DNA of 64,000 nucleotides from the human T2T-CHM13v2.0 reference genome, Homo sapiens: the NCBI RefSeq assembly GCF_009914755.1, contig NC_060944.1. One strand, written 5' to 3'. Of this stretch, positions 42,493 to 56,581 are shown one piece after another (the first letter of the stretch is position 1; each line of letters opens with the position of its first letter). The position numbers were made by a program, and so were the translations under genes. A model generated the notes under the pieces. It did no database searches. It was given only the letters and a program-made list of their open reading frames with translations, and was not told where the DNA came from.

Positions 42493-42984
42493 CACAGCTC
42501 TGAGTGTGAGGCAGGTGGGGAATGTGAAGAGAATTTACCACATTCACTTTGCAGGAAACTGAGAGGTTTTTCAGTCACAGTGTTGGTCTTGGTGCAGTAG
42601 AACATGGGTCTCTTTTCCTCATTTTCTTTAGTGAGGGTAGATTCATCTCCAAGTCTCATTTTTCTATTAATTCTATTACTCCTATATTTAATTTCATTTT
42701 CCTGCAAATTAGATTCTTCAACAACTGCGTTGTAGTTATACGCATGTTTCATATACATATGAGAAATAAAGTTTACGATGATTATGGAATCTTAGATGAA
42801 AGACTTCACTGGCCATCAGCAGCAATTATTCCCCATTCATTGGGCTTTTCCCTCTGACGACTGTCAGTTTTTATACGCTCCCTGTTTTCTTGCCTGATAT
42901 CTAGTGGAATAGTTAATCAGCTTTCCTCAGATGATGTTTATTAGTTAAATTGACTTAAGTTTCATGTAAGGTAATCACTGAGTG

Positions 42985-43605
42985 TAGAATTCTAAAGTCA
43001 GGTTATCCTGGGTTAAAAAAAATCCCAGCTTTGCTATTTATGAGCTAATCGCATAAACTTCATCAATTTTTTAAAGCTTTGCCTCTCAGACTCTCCATCT
43101 GTAAAATGGACATACTGTTATTTATCTTGTGGAATTTTTAAGTGAGATAAATTTAAATGCCTTATATATAATGCTATAGTTTGAATGTTTGTCACCTCTG
43201 AAACTGTTCTTGGAACTTAATCTCCAATGTGGCAGTACTGAGAGGTAGGTCCTTTAAGAGGTGATTGCGTCATGAGGGCTCTGACTTTATGAATGAATTA
43301 ATCCATTCATAGATTAATGGATAATTAATTAACATAGGAGTGGGATTGGTGGTTTTATAAGAAGAGCAAGAGAGACCTGAGCTAACACATTTAGCCCCCT
43401 TCCCATGCTGTGCCCTGGGCCATTTCAGGACTCTGTAGTCCCCATCAGCAAGAAGACTGTCACTAGCTGCACTCCGCTGACCTTGGACTTCTCAGCCTCC
43501 ATAACTGTGAAAAATAAATTTCTTTAAAATTACTCAGTTTCATGTATTCTGTTATAGGCAATAGAAAACAGACTAAGACACATAGTAAGTGCTCAACAAA
43601 TTCTT
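42985..43605 (+). mobile_element. MIR split by MSTB
   Basis: CATCTGTAAAATGG...; resumes CATAGTAAGTGCTCAACAAAT after the LTR. Confidence 0.75.
43172..43580 (+). mobile_element. MSTB1/2-like solo LTR
   Basis: TGCTATAGTTTGAATGTTTG...TTAATCCATTCAT...CCTTGGACTTCTCAGCCTCC...AGAAAACAGACTAAGACA. Confidence 0.9.
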
Positions 43606-44385
43606 AGTAATAGTATCACCCGGTTTTCCGTGAAAGATAAAGGAACAGATGTGAGATTATATTTTTATTTCATAGCAGGAATGAGTACTTTTTGTTATTT
43701 GTATGCTTGATTTTCTTTTTTTTCTTCAGGTCAAGAGGAACAGCATCGATTGTTAATATGCTGTCTGCTTTCAACCCCCAAAGGATTATTTTCAGAATGA
43801 AATGATCTGTGGTCTTTAAGGGGTGGGGATGGGAGGAGCTGAAGAACTCTCGATCCTTCGAAGAGGTCCCAGTGGACTTGATTTCTCAGTGGAAACAGAG
43901 GGATTTCCTTCTGCAGTGGGAAAGAGACACGAAGTGATAAACCGAGCACCCTCTTTGAAGATTTCCCAGTATATTTGTCCCTAGAGGAGTGCGCCTCCGG
44001 GAGATTTATTGTTGGAAGCTTTTATCCTCAAGCGTAATTTTTAAAAGTATGTATTTCCCTAGAAACAGAATAGCTCCATTTAAAAGTCACAGGTGCCCCC
44101 AAGCTCTGCTGGGAAGATTACTTCAAGTTTCATTTAATACCCATCTCAGACCTGGAGGCAAATTATTTAGTTCATCACTCTGAAAATGGATTTTTTTTTC
44201 CCTTCTACTTCCCATTTCAGCACCTGCCATCTTGTGGAAAGGGACTTGCTTCCCAAGAGATGAGAAATGGACAGGAGTGGAGCCTGAGTCCAAGTACTGT
44301 GATTTCTTATCTCCCACAAATGTGCAGGAATATTTAGTCAGGGAGATCATCTTCCTGGAGAAATTGGCCCATCCTACTCCTAGAG

Positions 44386-44820
44386 TGCTGTGTTAGTTGT
44401 AGTTCCTCCAGGTGCCACCTCGAAGACCACGGTCAGAGTACAGTCGCTTACATGGGAGGTAAATCCACAAAACAGTGGCGGAAGAGGAGGAAAATGAGAC
44501 AAGGATGGGAAGGCAATCAGGAAAGGGCATGTTATCAAGCAAGGCACTGTTCTGGGCAATTGGAGCTTACACCTGCTAGGGAAGCCTGAGACAGTGGGGA
44601 ACATGTACCTCACAGTGATGCTCGTGAGGGCTGGGGGAACTGGGATATTAATCCACCAATTCCATCTGTTACTGATTGAGGGCTGCTTACTGGCGGTATT
44701 GATTCGCTGGCACTTCAGGTCAGAGAAAGCCTTCGGTCATAGAGAACATGAAGCCATGGGGCCCAGAGTGCCCAGGGCTGAGTGGATGTGGGCGATGGCC
44801 AATGACAATGGCTACCAACA
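44386..44820 (-). mobile_element. LTR16C-like (ERVL)
   Basis: TGGGAGGTAAATCCAC...GAGACAAGGATGGGAAGGCA...GGGCAATTGGAGCT...CTGGGATATTAATCCACCAA. Confidence 0.7.
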
Positions 44821-45039
44821 GTGGATTGGATCTTTGGCATCTCATTTCTTCTAAGTCTCCTTAACCTCTGTGCTTGGTGCTGAGGTGAAGCAAACAATTA
44901 AGATCCAGTGTTGTCCTTAGGATGCTCACACTTCAGTGAGGGAGTTGAGGAAGCTAAACAGGTAAGCAATTTTGAGCCTGTGAGGTTAGTAGTCTACGAA
45001 GATATATTTAAGAATATGTGCATCGTTTGTGACATGCAT

Positions 45040-45250
45040 ATTATTTGTCAGGCTGTACTCTAAGCATTTACCTTGACTAACTTATTTGATGCCCACAAGA
45101 ACCCTCTAAAGTGGGTGCATTTGCTGTCTCTTTTAGAGATAAGGAAGTGGAGGTATGGAAACATTAAAGTGTTCAGCTAGTCTGTAGTGAAGCCAGGATT
45201 TGAATACAGGCTATCTACTTCCAGAGCCCTGTTCTTATCCACTAGGCTAT
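45040..45250 (-). mobile_element. MIR
   Basis: TACTCTAAGCATTTAC...GATAAGGAAGTGGAGG...GCCAGGATTTGAA. Confidence 0.8.
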
Positions 45251-45254
45251 GGGT

Positions 45255-45471
45255 CAGGCTTTCTCAACCTTTATTATTATTGCCATTCTGTGCTGAATAA
45301 TTCTTTGTCATAGGGGCTGTCCTGTGCATTGTAGGATGCTTGGCAGCATACCCTCTACCACTAGAAGCCAATAGTACCTGCCTCCCCACCTCCTGTTCTG
45401 ACAACCAAAAATGTCTCCAGACATTGTCAAATGCCCACTGGGGCACAAATAGCACCAATTGAGAACCACTG
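45255..45471 (-). mobile_element. MER20
   Basis: GGGGCTGTCCTGTGCATTGTAGGATG...TGACAACCAAAAATGTCTCCAGACATTG...TTGAGAACCACTG. Confidence 0.93.
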
Positions 45472-45679
45472 CTGCCTATTATAAGGCAATCAGTTTTTCC
45501 TAGGGAAGTGTTATAGAAGGCAGATGGAAATTTCTTTTCTTGTTGTTTAATCTTCCTTCTCATAAAAATAAGGAGAAAAGTAGTATTTCAGAGCTGATCG
45601 CATCTCTAAATCAACAGCCAAATATCTCCCAGGGCAGAGAAAATGGAAGTAGAAATCAAGTTATTGAAAAATCAACTTA

Positions 45680-45682
<3 letters not shown>

Positions 45683-45716
<34 letters not shown>
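45683..45716. repeat. (TG)n microsatellite
   Basis: Visible directly. Confidence 0.95.
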
Positions 45717-46489
45717 ATGCGTTGTAAACAGGGCATCCTTGCCCACTGTGCTCTGCTGCCAGCCCTTCGAACAGGCTGTTTCCATGGTCATTTTTAAAAT
45801 GTTGTCTTGCAACATGGTGAACTGAGGAATTAGCAAAAAGACCGTTAAAGGAGAATAGGCAGTGTGTTCACACGGGATTGTTTGTCTTATTATTTTTCAT
45901 TTTCCTTGGGCGATTTTATTTGTAATTTTTTCGGAGTTTTGTTTTGAACTCTCTTTATCCAAGTAAATACATCCTTCTTCCTTCTGTCACAAGCTGGTGG
46001 ATTCCAAGCTTTATTTTCCAAATCCTCCCAACCCTATTTTATCCATGTGGCTTCTTGGAGCTGGTCAAGTCTGCAAACTGATCCTTGAGATTTTGGGGTG
46101 TTCTGTGTGAGGACAGTAGCCCTAATTCTGGCATTAAAGCGTCCTTGTTTGTCTCCTTTCTTTCTTCTTCCAAGATACTCTTTAAAAATTCAGTCTTCTC
46201 CAAATTTGGCTTTGTAGCTAATCTATGTGATCAGAGAAGCATCATTTTAGTGTTGGAAGCCTGAATAATTCGCTTTTTCAGTTGGTCGTGGAAGTAAAAT
46301 TCCAGATGTTTAAGCATTCTTTGTAACAAAGCTTTTTCATGTGCCTGTGGATAATTTACTAAGCAGTGCTTTGTGAATCTGCTTGCTTCTCTATGACAAA
46401 TGCTTTTGATGATCGCTGCTCATGCTCATGCTCAAATACATAGTCACTCTAATGACTTAAATTACTTTTGCATGGTATTTATGGGAGGT

Positions 46490-47200
46490 GAAAAGCCACC
46501 ATGGTCAAGATCGTTGACTCCGGGGTTAGATGGGACTGGGTTTGAATCCTGACTTCACTACTATCAGCTGTGTGAGACTAAGCAAGTGTGACAGGCAGAG
46601 TAATGGCTCCCTGAGGATGCTAGTGTCTTAATCCTTGAAACCTGTGAATATGTTGCCTTACCTGGCAAAAGGGACTTTGCAGATACGATTATGTTAAGAA
46701 CCTTGAGGTGGGAGATTATCCTGAATCATCTGAGTGGAACAAATGTCATCCCAAAAAGGAGGTCAGAATCAGAGAGGTTAGAAACTGCTAGCATGTTGAC
46801 TTTGAAAATAGAAGAAGAGATGACAAGCCAAAGAATATAAGAAGCTTTTAAATGCTGGAAAAAGTAAGAAAATGGACTCTCCTCTAGACCTAGAGCCTCC
46901 AGAAGGAACACAGCCCTGCTGACACCTTGATTTTAGCCCAATGTGACCCAGTTTTGACTGTTGACCTCCAGAACTGTAAGATTATGAATTTGTGTTGTTT
47001 TAAAGCCACAACATGTGTGCTAATTTGTTATAGTGACAATAGGAAATTAATACAGCAAAGTGATGCAATCTCTCCTAACCATTGTTTGGTCATGTACAAA
47101 GTGGAATAATAACAATATTTACCCCTTCAAGCTATTGTTAAGGTGTAGAAGAGAGAGGCACTTGGCACTGGGCCCAGCATAAAGTACATATTTAAAGGTA
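46490..47200 (+). mobile_element. MIR split by MLT1D
   Basis: CTGGGTTTGAATCCTGAC...AGCTGTGTGA; resumes 47055 (AATAATAACAAT...CACTTGGCAC). Confidence 0.7.
46587..47054 (+). mobile_element. MLT1D LTR
   Basis: GGCAAAAGGGACTTTGCAGAT...GGAGATTATCCTG...AATAGGAAATTAATACA; TSD gcaag/gcaaa. Confidence 0.9.
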
Positions 47201-47284
47201 TTGAATTAGTCATGGGTTTTTTATTTTGCCATACCTTAGCAGTTCCATCATCCTTCCTATTGTTAAGTTTCAGAAATACTTATC

Positions 47285-47753
47285 TGTGATGGCTAATTTT
47301 ATGTGTCAATTTGGCAAGGCTATGATGCCCAGTTATTTGGTCAAACAGTGGTCTAGATGTTACTGTGAAGATATTTGTGAATGTGATTAGCATTCAAAGC
47401 AATTGCCTTTAAGTAAAGCAGATTGCTTTCTTCATAATATGGGTGGTACCTATTCTATTCGTTGAAGGCTTGAAGAGCAAAGACTGAGGTTTCCAAACGA
47501 AGACACCATTATGTCTCAAGACTGGAACATGGAAACCCTGCCTGAGTTTTCTACCTGCTGGCCTACCTGCAGATTCAGACACTAGACTGCAACATCAACT
47601 CATACTTGAATTTCCAGTCTGCCTGTCTGCCCTACAGATTTTGGACTTGCCAGCCCCCACAATTGCATGAGCAAATTAAAAAAAAAAATCTTGTTTCTCT
47701 CTCCCCCCATCTCATTGGTCTTTTTTTCCCTCTGGTGTACCCTGATTAATATA
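47285..47753 (+). mobile_element. MLT2B/D-like LTR (ERVL)
   Basis: TGTGATGGCTAATTTTATGTGTCAA...AAGTAAAGCAGATT...GGACTTGCCAGCCCCCACAATTGCATGAGC. Confidence 0.88.
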
Positions 47754-49739
47754 CCATCCAAACTAAATGCAACATACCAAAACATTTAGGAGCATGAAAA
47801 AAGAAGAGGTTAGAATGAAAAGCACATAACATTAAAACTTTCTATTTTGTTAAGAACCTTGCATTTCCTCGCTGATATTTAACCTGAGGACTACACCTCA
47901 GGTTTTTTCTTTCAGCTTTAACTCAAGAATGTATAATTTGGATTATGCTAATAACACAAATAGTATCCCAGCAAAAACAAAACCAAACAAAACAACAACA
48001 ACAACAACAAAACTGGGATGGTATTGTGATGTCTTTTATAATGGAGTTTGACTTTGGACTTAAGAGTTGATATTCAGCAAGGATGATTGGTATTGCCGTA
48101 CTAGTTTATATGTTGCTCCTTCTCTAGTTTCCTCTGAAGATCCCCTACCTCATCCTGGTCACCTAAGGTCCTACAGTAAGACTCCTTATTGATCAAGCAG
48201 CTATAGAATGAAGAATAAAGAGTAAAGATTAAAGAAAAAAGCCTGCACACGGGAATGTCTGTTCTGATTGGTTAGTGCCATGCGAGTGCTATGTAGGTTG
48301 CTGATTATTTTAGTATCACTCCTGCCTAAAAGTAATAGTTAAGGAACAAAATGCAATAAAGAATTGCTCAACTATCCAAATTGTTAATATCTATAAATGT
48401 GTAATTTCAACAGATGTAACTAGTTTAAAGGAGAAATGGGTAAAAATGTGCTTATTTCATTTTTCTTGGATAAAATTTTAAATCCTCATTTTCTAGCCAC
48501 TCTTCTTAGGACTTAAATACTGTGTCTCTTGTTTACTTTTTTCTTTAACAGACAGAAGTGTGACTATTTTCAATCGGACAAATATTTAGGTTTTCTCCTC
48601 TGAAGATAAGTCCCAGTGTCTCAATTGCTAATTCACTTACAATTCTTCTCTATAAATTATTTCACTATTGGCCTTGGAAGAAAAGACCAACTCATTCATA
48701 TGACTGGAATTTCTTCCCCCAATTTCATAGAGGAATTCATTTTCTAAACACGAGGATTTGATCAATAAACAACTTGCAATCCCTAGGAGGACTTTAAAGG
48801 GATTTAGATTGTCAAACATTGACTCAGGATTTGTTCTGGTAGTTGTTAAAAATTACATAAACATAAGTTTTTTTTTAACCTCCATCAACCAAAGAGTGAG
48901 TAGTAGGAGAAGAGAAGACTTGGACTTGTTATTGATTAGTTGCTATACGTGCTCTTCCAGAGAAAGTTAATCAACAAGGTGTTGACAATATTAGCACAGT
49001 CTTACATCTCTCTTGGAAATTATTGCTCACAATTGCAGAGTTGCTGCTGCATCTCTCCTTCCTGCCAGGAACCAATAGAGGTGAGCTTGTTTGCTGCACA
49101 CCAACAAATTTTCTAAGAGCCTGTGGACCATTCCCATCCACCAACTAAGTGCTGTAGTAAAGAGAGGCAGAACTTCTAGGCCAGAAGAGGGAAGTCATTC
49201 CCTAACACACTCTCCATACTAAACTTCCTGATGTAAAAGGCCACATCCATCTTGTTAACCTAAATTCCAAGTACCCAGATTCCATACATATCAAGGTTAT
49301 GTGTATAGAAAAAAATATATGGAATGATTTGGTTTTTCCTATATGTTGAAATCACATTTTAGGAAAGTGCAACTTAAAGTAAAAACACCATCTGTCAGTG
49401 GGAATTATGTAGTCTTTGATAAATGTTGGGAGTACATAAAAAGAAAACACAACTTATCAGGAATTTATACATAAAAATTATTTTTAGGGGAATTTAATTT
49501 AAAACAAAAGATGAGCCACATTAAATCGATTAATATTGCCCTATACATGTTAAATCTTACTTCAGAGAAGTTATATATATAATTAAAAAATGCAATATTT
49601 TATGTAATTATTTCTCCTTTAAAAGGTGAACTTTGTACTTCTGGATGATGAGATCAAAAGAGCCACTAAGCTCTGCTATCAAAGGCAGAAATGATGCAAG
49701 GGAATTCCCTAGAAAGGGGAAGTTATACAGTTGAACTGT

Positions 49740-50510
49740 TTTTACTTAACAATGCTTCTGACACCAAATCAGAGGTTTCTTTTCACATCAACGAATTATC
49801 CAATTCTCTGAACACCAGCTAGGTGTCCAGTAATTCAGTTGATCTCTGACACCATCTACCTGGAATTAGCAACAGATTCAACAAGTTAAAGGGCTCAGAC
49901 GCCAATTGCAAATCCCAGGTCACCTATACTTCTGACCAACCAGCTGTATAGACTGGGGGTTCCCACAACTCTCTCCTCAGTTTTGACAGTTTGCTAGGAT
50001 GGCTCACAGAAGTCAGGAAACCACTTAACTTACTTCTGCTGGTTTATTATAAAGGATAAAGATGAGCAGCCAGATAAAGTGGTACATAGGGCAAAGTTTA
50101 GATGAATCCCGAGTGCAGCATCTCTCTTCATGGAGTTGAGGTGCCCCACCCTCCTGGCACACGGATGTGGTTGTGAACTGGAATGCTTTCTGAACCTGGT
50201 CATTTTGAGTTTGTAATGAGGTCTCGTTATGTAGACATGATTGATTAAATCGTTGGCCATTGATGATTGACTCAATCTCTAGCCCCTTTCCCCTCCCTGG
50301 AGGGGGAGGTTGGGAGCTAAAAGTTCCATGCTTTTAATCAAGGCTTGGTCTTTCTGGCAACTATTCCCCATCCTGAAGCTATCTAGGGACCCACCAAGAG
50401 TCATCTCATTTGAGCAAAAGATGCTCCTGTCACCCTTATTATGCAGGAAATTACAAGGAACTTAAGAAATATGTGTCAGGAGCCAGGACAAAGACCAACT
50501 ACCTTTCTAT
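49740..50510 (-). mobile_element. MER21-like LTR
   Basis: CTTCTGACACCAAAT...TCTGACACCATCTACCTGGA...GGATGGCTCACAGAA...TGATTAAATCGTTGGCCATTG...GGACAAAGACCAA. Confidence 0.85.
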
Positions 50511-51279
50511 GGTACCCCAGTAGTGCAGAGAGTGGAAGGCAAGCTCACAGCCAGCTCCCTCAAGTCCATGTTGACATTTGGGATGCTAGGTGCAGAAGGA
50601 AAGAGAGCAGTTGCAGTCTATCGGAGACCTGAGAATGATAATTCTTCAAGTGGATAAGGAAGGAATAGAATATGGACTGTATTCCATTAAGAATCTTGAC
50701 TTTTACTTTTTCAAGACACCATTCTTTCGCTTCTTCTAGCCAAAGATATCACATAGCAAAACTGTGAAATAGGGCTTAAACAGGTAAGTTCTATAAGTAC
50801 AAAATAACGTAAAAATGAGCAATAATTAATATGGTTCTCCAGTATCTATTGCATTCATTAACAAGGAAATAATAATTTTCAACTCATCCTCACAACCTCA
50901 CCTCAATGAAATTTCCTCTCTGTTTTATTTCTGATACCAATTTTTAAAGTTGTTTCATTCTCTTCTTACTCTCCTACTTATTTTTCTAACATTGCTTCCC
51001 CTGTTACCCTCTGTCACTCTTTGGATTTTTAGTGTTGTATTTATGTTTTCAAACATACTAATTAGTTAATTACTATTTAATCCTTCCATTTGGTGCCCTT
51101 GGCACCTTATTCCCCTCACCCTAGTCCAGGCACTGGCTTATGCTGTGCCAGCCATAGGAAGGAAGAACAAGAGCCATTTAGTATAGTAAGTAAAGATGAC
51201 ATGACTTTTTAAAATAAAATGGAATGATGACTGTTTTAACCTTATGCTCCTCTCTTTCCAAGGATAAAATATTACCATT

Positions 51280-51740
51280 ACTTATCAAAAATTAAAAACA
51301 AGTTTAAATTGTGGGTAAGGACTGCCTAAGAGCAAAATTTTTAAAAAATGGTTAAAAATCACAAAGGAAACATCAACAATTTAAATAAATTTTCTATACT
51401 TTGAAAGCAACATAGACCGCATTAAAAAGCATACTATAAACATGGATAGATAGGTGCAACATATGTGGCACATGCATTGTAAATATATTGACTATTGAAG
51501 AACTCATGTGAACCAATTTTTCAAAACTAAAACCTGTGGGAGAAACATGGGCAAATACTCCATTCACATAAGAGGAAATACAAGTGGCTAGTAAATATTT
51601 GAAAGTGCGTGACCCTAACAAGAAATAAATTCATATTAAAAAGGTATCTTTCTGCCTATTCTATAAACAAATACAGATTTTAAGAAATACCAGTGCTGGG
51701 GAACATTTGGTGAATCTGCTCCAGGAGTGCCAAATATGGA
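51280..51740 (+). mobile_element. Old L1ME-like fragments
   Basis: ATGGGCAAATAC...CATTCACATAAGAGGAAATACAAGTGGC...ATACCAGTGCTGG. Confidence 0.55.
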
Positions 51741-52026
51741 CTATTTTTATTTCTCATCATCTCCCCGAGATGAAATTACCCTTTGCTTTATCTCTCTCCT
51801 GATTTAGCTCCTGTGGGGACTAGTTCACCAATCATAATTTCTAGGACCTTCATGTTAAATTTATATTTAGAGTCTCTTGACCTTTCCTTGTCCCTGTGCA
51901 TTGGTTAAGGCTGCCATATCCTATCTAACAGTTTTCCCTAACTTTACCCTCGAAAGAGGAACTTTGTGAAAGCTGCTTTACTTCCTCCCTGGAACTCTGC
52001 CTACTAAGGGAGGAGGCTGCCACACC

Positions 52027-52120
52027 AGGTGACCATCTTGTCGCAGTGTACTTGGAACTTTCCCAGTTTTATCACTGAAAATCCCTGAGAAAACCCAGGC
52101 AAACTGAGATATTGGTCACT
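52027..52120. mobile_element. MER81/MER94-like hAT-Blackjack MITE
   Basis: GGTGACCA...TGGTCAC terminal inverted repeats; CCCAGTTTTATCACTGAAAATCCC core. Confidence 0.65.
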
Positions 52121-52168
52121 TTTCCCATGTGACATTAAATAGAAGATCCTGGTATGCCCCTTTTTCAA

Positions 52169-52641
52169 TATGTTAGTTTTCTAGGGCTGCTTTAACAAAA
52201 TATTATAAACCAGATGGCTTAAAACAACAACAATGAATTCTATCATAGTTCTGGAAGCTAGAAGTACGAAGTCAAAAGTGTCAGCAGCATCATGTTCTCT
52301 CTGACAGCTCTAGGAGAGAATCCTTCCTTGAGTCTTCTAGCTTCTGATGCCAAGGCAAGCAACCCTTGGTATTCCTTGGCTTGGTAGATGCATCACTCCC
52401 CTCTTTGCCTCCACTGTCACATAGCCATCTTCTCTCTGTGTGTCTTCATATAATCTTATCTCTGTGCTGTGTCCAAATTTCCCCCTTTGTATGAGGACAC
52501 CAGTAGTATTGGATTAGAACCCATTCTAATAACCTCATCTTAACTTAGTTGAATTTGTGAGGACCCTATTTCCAAATAGGGTCACATTCTAAGGTTTTGG
52601 GGGTTAGAAATTCAGCATATCTCTTTTTGGAGGACACAAAT
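52169..52641 (-). mobile_element. MLT1B/C-like LTR
   Basis: TTAGTTTTCTAGGGCTGC...ATAGTTCTGGAAGCTAG...CCCTATTTCCAAATAGGGTCACATTCT...GGACACAA. Confidence 0.88.
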
Positions 52642-53133
52642 GCCCAGTCCTGCATTCTTTGGTTCTTGTACAATGAATTCTTCAGTGTAAATCATGGAAA
52701 GTTGTAAGTGCAGGATTGAGACATTTGTACTTCATCCACTAGGCATCAATGAGTCACTGATGGCTTCTGAACAAAGAAGTGACATGCTGTTAATGTCATT
52801 TGAACAACATTAACATAGAAATAGTGTACATGATGGATTGGCTCATGATGGAAGCTGGTTATTAGGACCATGAGAAATCTCCTGGGCCTAGCGCCCAACT
52901 ACAATCACTGCCTGCTGCTGAGCTCAGCCTTTTGTTCGGGACAGAGCACGCATCTTCTCAAACCAGAAAGGCCTATAATTGCAGTATGTAGACATTCTTT
53001 CCAGCAATCAGAGCTCAATCCTAGTTGATCTGCTTCTAAGGGGTACTGCTCTGTCTACCCTCTTGTGAAAGACTTTCTTATCAAATAATAGGTAAGAATT
53101 CAATTTCTTACCTATTTCCTCATGCTCAATCCA

Positions 53134-53860
<727 letters not shown>

Positions 53861-54634
53861 TTATTTCTTCCTGCCTGTCTTAAATCTTTCAGTGTCAATG
53901 TTCCCTCCTCTCCCCCAGTGGCCATTCCCATGTGTATAGCCAACCACACTGCAACCTGCACTGCATCTGATTTCTAATTGGGGCATACTTTCTTCTTGCC
54001 TTCGTGGTCTTTGAGATTACTTTACATTCTTCTCCTCAGTCGCATTCCTTTGACTTTGATCATGGCATTTTACTTTGATCTCAAGATTAAAACTCTTAGT
54101 TATGAGCAAATTATAGGCTTGGGTTAGCATCTACTTGCCATGATTTCTGGCCTATGTGTTACCTTAGCCATTTTTTCTTGACAATGTAACTCTTGCGTTT
54201 TCACTCTGTGAAGGGATTTTATTTCCTGGCTCCCTGAAAATTAGCAGTCAGGAAAGTCTTAGAATATTGACAGTGGAGGGGAGGATGAGGTTAAAATACC
54301 CAATACCTAAGATTCGAGCATCTTAGCCCATTGTATTCCTTTTTCTTAGCGAATCTGCCCTATTTATGGCTTAAGAGCATTAGCCTTGAAGCCTGATCTC
54401 TGATGTCAGCTGCTTGAACAAGGAATGGACACCCAGCCAAGACTGACTATAAAAGACAGTTTCTTCCTCCAAATTTAGAATGATGCCAAGACTGGATTAA
54501 TTAACTGGAGTGAAGCTCAAACTTCACTTCATAGACTCAAGGTTTAAGGCTGCTGTTTTGGACTATCTATGATGGGTTACCTGTAAGTGTGTTGAACATA
54601 TGAGCCCCTCTTCAAAGGATAAAGAATGAGATAT

Positions 54635-55600
54635 GTATTCATTCACTTGACAGATATTGACTGAAAACCTACTAAAATGCCATCGTCTGTTTTAGGCTTT
54701 GAAATTATGAGAGTAGCATGGCCTAACTTCCCAGAATGTGCTTAATTGAGGTGAGAGGAAGAAAATAAATAAATAACGCCATCTGAAATTATGTTACAGA
54801 GTCAAAGGCAATGAAGAAAGGGTAAGAGAATAAGGAGATAGAGAATAGGTAGAAATTGGGGGCAGGGGACCTTGCTACTTTAGATAGAATAGCTGCAGAA
54901 GATATCTATTAGAAGGTACTACTTGAGTAGGAATTTGAATAAAATGAGAGAGTAAGCCACAGGACTATCTGGGGAAAAGACGTTGCAGGCAGAGGATGCA
55001 GGTGCAAGATCCATGAGATGTGAGCATATATAGTGGGGCAAGAAAGCTTATGTGGCTATAGAAGTGAGAGGGAGGGAGAGAGTTATAAGGTCTGAGACAT
55101 AAGCAGTGGCCAGATCAGGTCACTGTCATCATGGTGATTTTATTTAAAGCATGATGGAAAACCATGGAATAACATGACCAGATTTATATAGATGTGATTT
55201 TTGTTTGTTTGTTTGTTTTTCTTGTGACAGAGTCTCAAGGGGACTGGAGTGCAGTGCTGGAGTGCACCCAGCTGGAGTGCAGTGGGGCAATCTTGGCTCG
55301 CTGCATCCTCCGCCTCCCAGGTTCAAGCGATTCTTCTGCCTCAGCCTCCTGAGTAGCTGAGATTACAGGTGCATGCCACCACGCCCAGCTAATTTTTGTA
55401 TTTTTTAGTAGAGATGGGATTTCACCATGATGACCAGGCTGGTCTCGAACTCCTGGCCTCAAGTGATCTGCTCTCCTCGGCCTCCCAATGTGCTGGGATT
55501 GCAGGCATGAGCCACAGTGCCTAGCCCAGATTTATATTTTAAATGGTTCACTCTTGCTATTATGTGAAGGACAAATGATGAGAGAGGAGTGAAAGAAAGG
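54635..55600 (-). mobile_element. L2, interrupted by Alu
   Basis: ATTCATTCACTTGACAGATATTGACTG...ATCTGGGGAAAAG...GGTGCAAGATCC. Confidence 0.75.
55198..55526 (-). mobile_element. AluSz-like with a locally triplicated CTGGAGTGCA
   Basis: CTCAAGTGATC; (TTTG)n tail; CTGGAGTGCA at 55244, 55257 and 55272. Confidence 0.92.
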
Positions 55601-55942
55601 AGGAGGGAGAGAGAAGAAAGAGTTGACTACTTGTCTACTTTATAAGTCCTATAAGTCTTCGCTCTGTCTTCTCTGGTCTGAGAAGTTCTTGTGCACACTT
55701 AGGATATATAATTCCTTACTTGGTTAAATTAAGTGTATTTCTACTTTTTTTTTTTGAACAACCAAATTGCTCCCTGATTAGGACACTCTCAAGACCCTGA
55801 AGTATGGTGAGATAATACATGAAGAGAGGAGGGGATGACTATGAAACATACCATGGTGATACATTTATAGGGCCTAATTATGTACTATTTTCAACTGGGT
55901 GCTGAAAACATAATTCAATTTATGGAAAGACTCATTCTACAA

Positions 55943-56150
55943 CAGTAGTCTCAACTGAGGACAATTTTGCCCTCCAGAAAACATTTGGCAATGTCTGGAG
56001 ACATGTTTTGATTGGGAGGAGGGTACTGCTGGCATCTAGTGGGTAGAGGCCGAAGATGCTGCTAACCATCCTGCAATGTCCAGGACAGCCTCTCACAACA
56101 AAGAAATTTTCATCTCCAATAGTCAACAGTGCTGAGGTTGAGAAACACTT
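55943..56150 (+). mobile_element. MER20
   Basis: ACATTTGGCAATGTCTGGAGACAT...CTGGCATCTAGTGGGTAGAGGCC...GCTGAGGTTGAGAAAC; TSD ttctacaa/ctctagaa. Confidence 0.93.
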
Positions 56151-56230
56151 CTCTAGAATATTGTGGAAACAAACAGAATGCACTCAGACACAAACATGAT
56201 TATTTGTCATTGGGGCTTCTTGGACCTTTA

Positions 56231-56581
<351 letters not shown>

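Noticed and set aside
48245-48285. CCAAT box (CTGATTGGTT) and TEAD-like GGAATGT as a promoter
   Set aside because: Isolated motifs with no CpG island or other promoter support.
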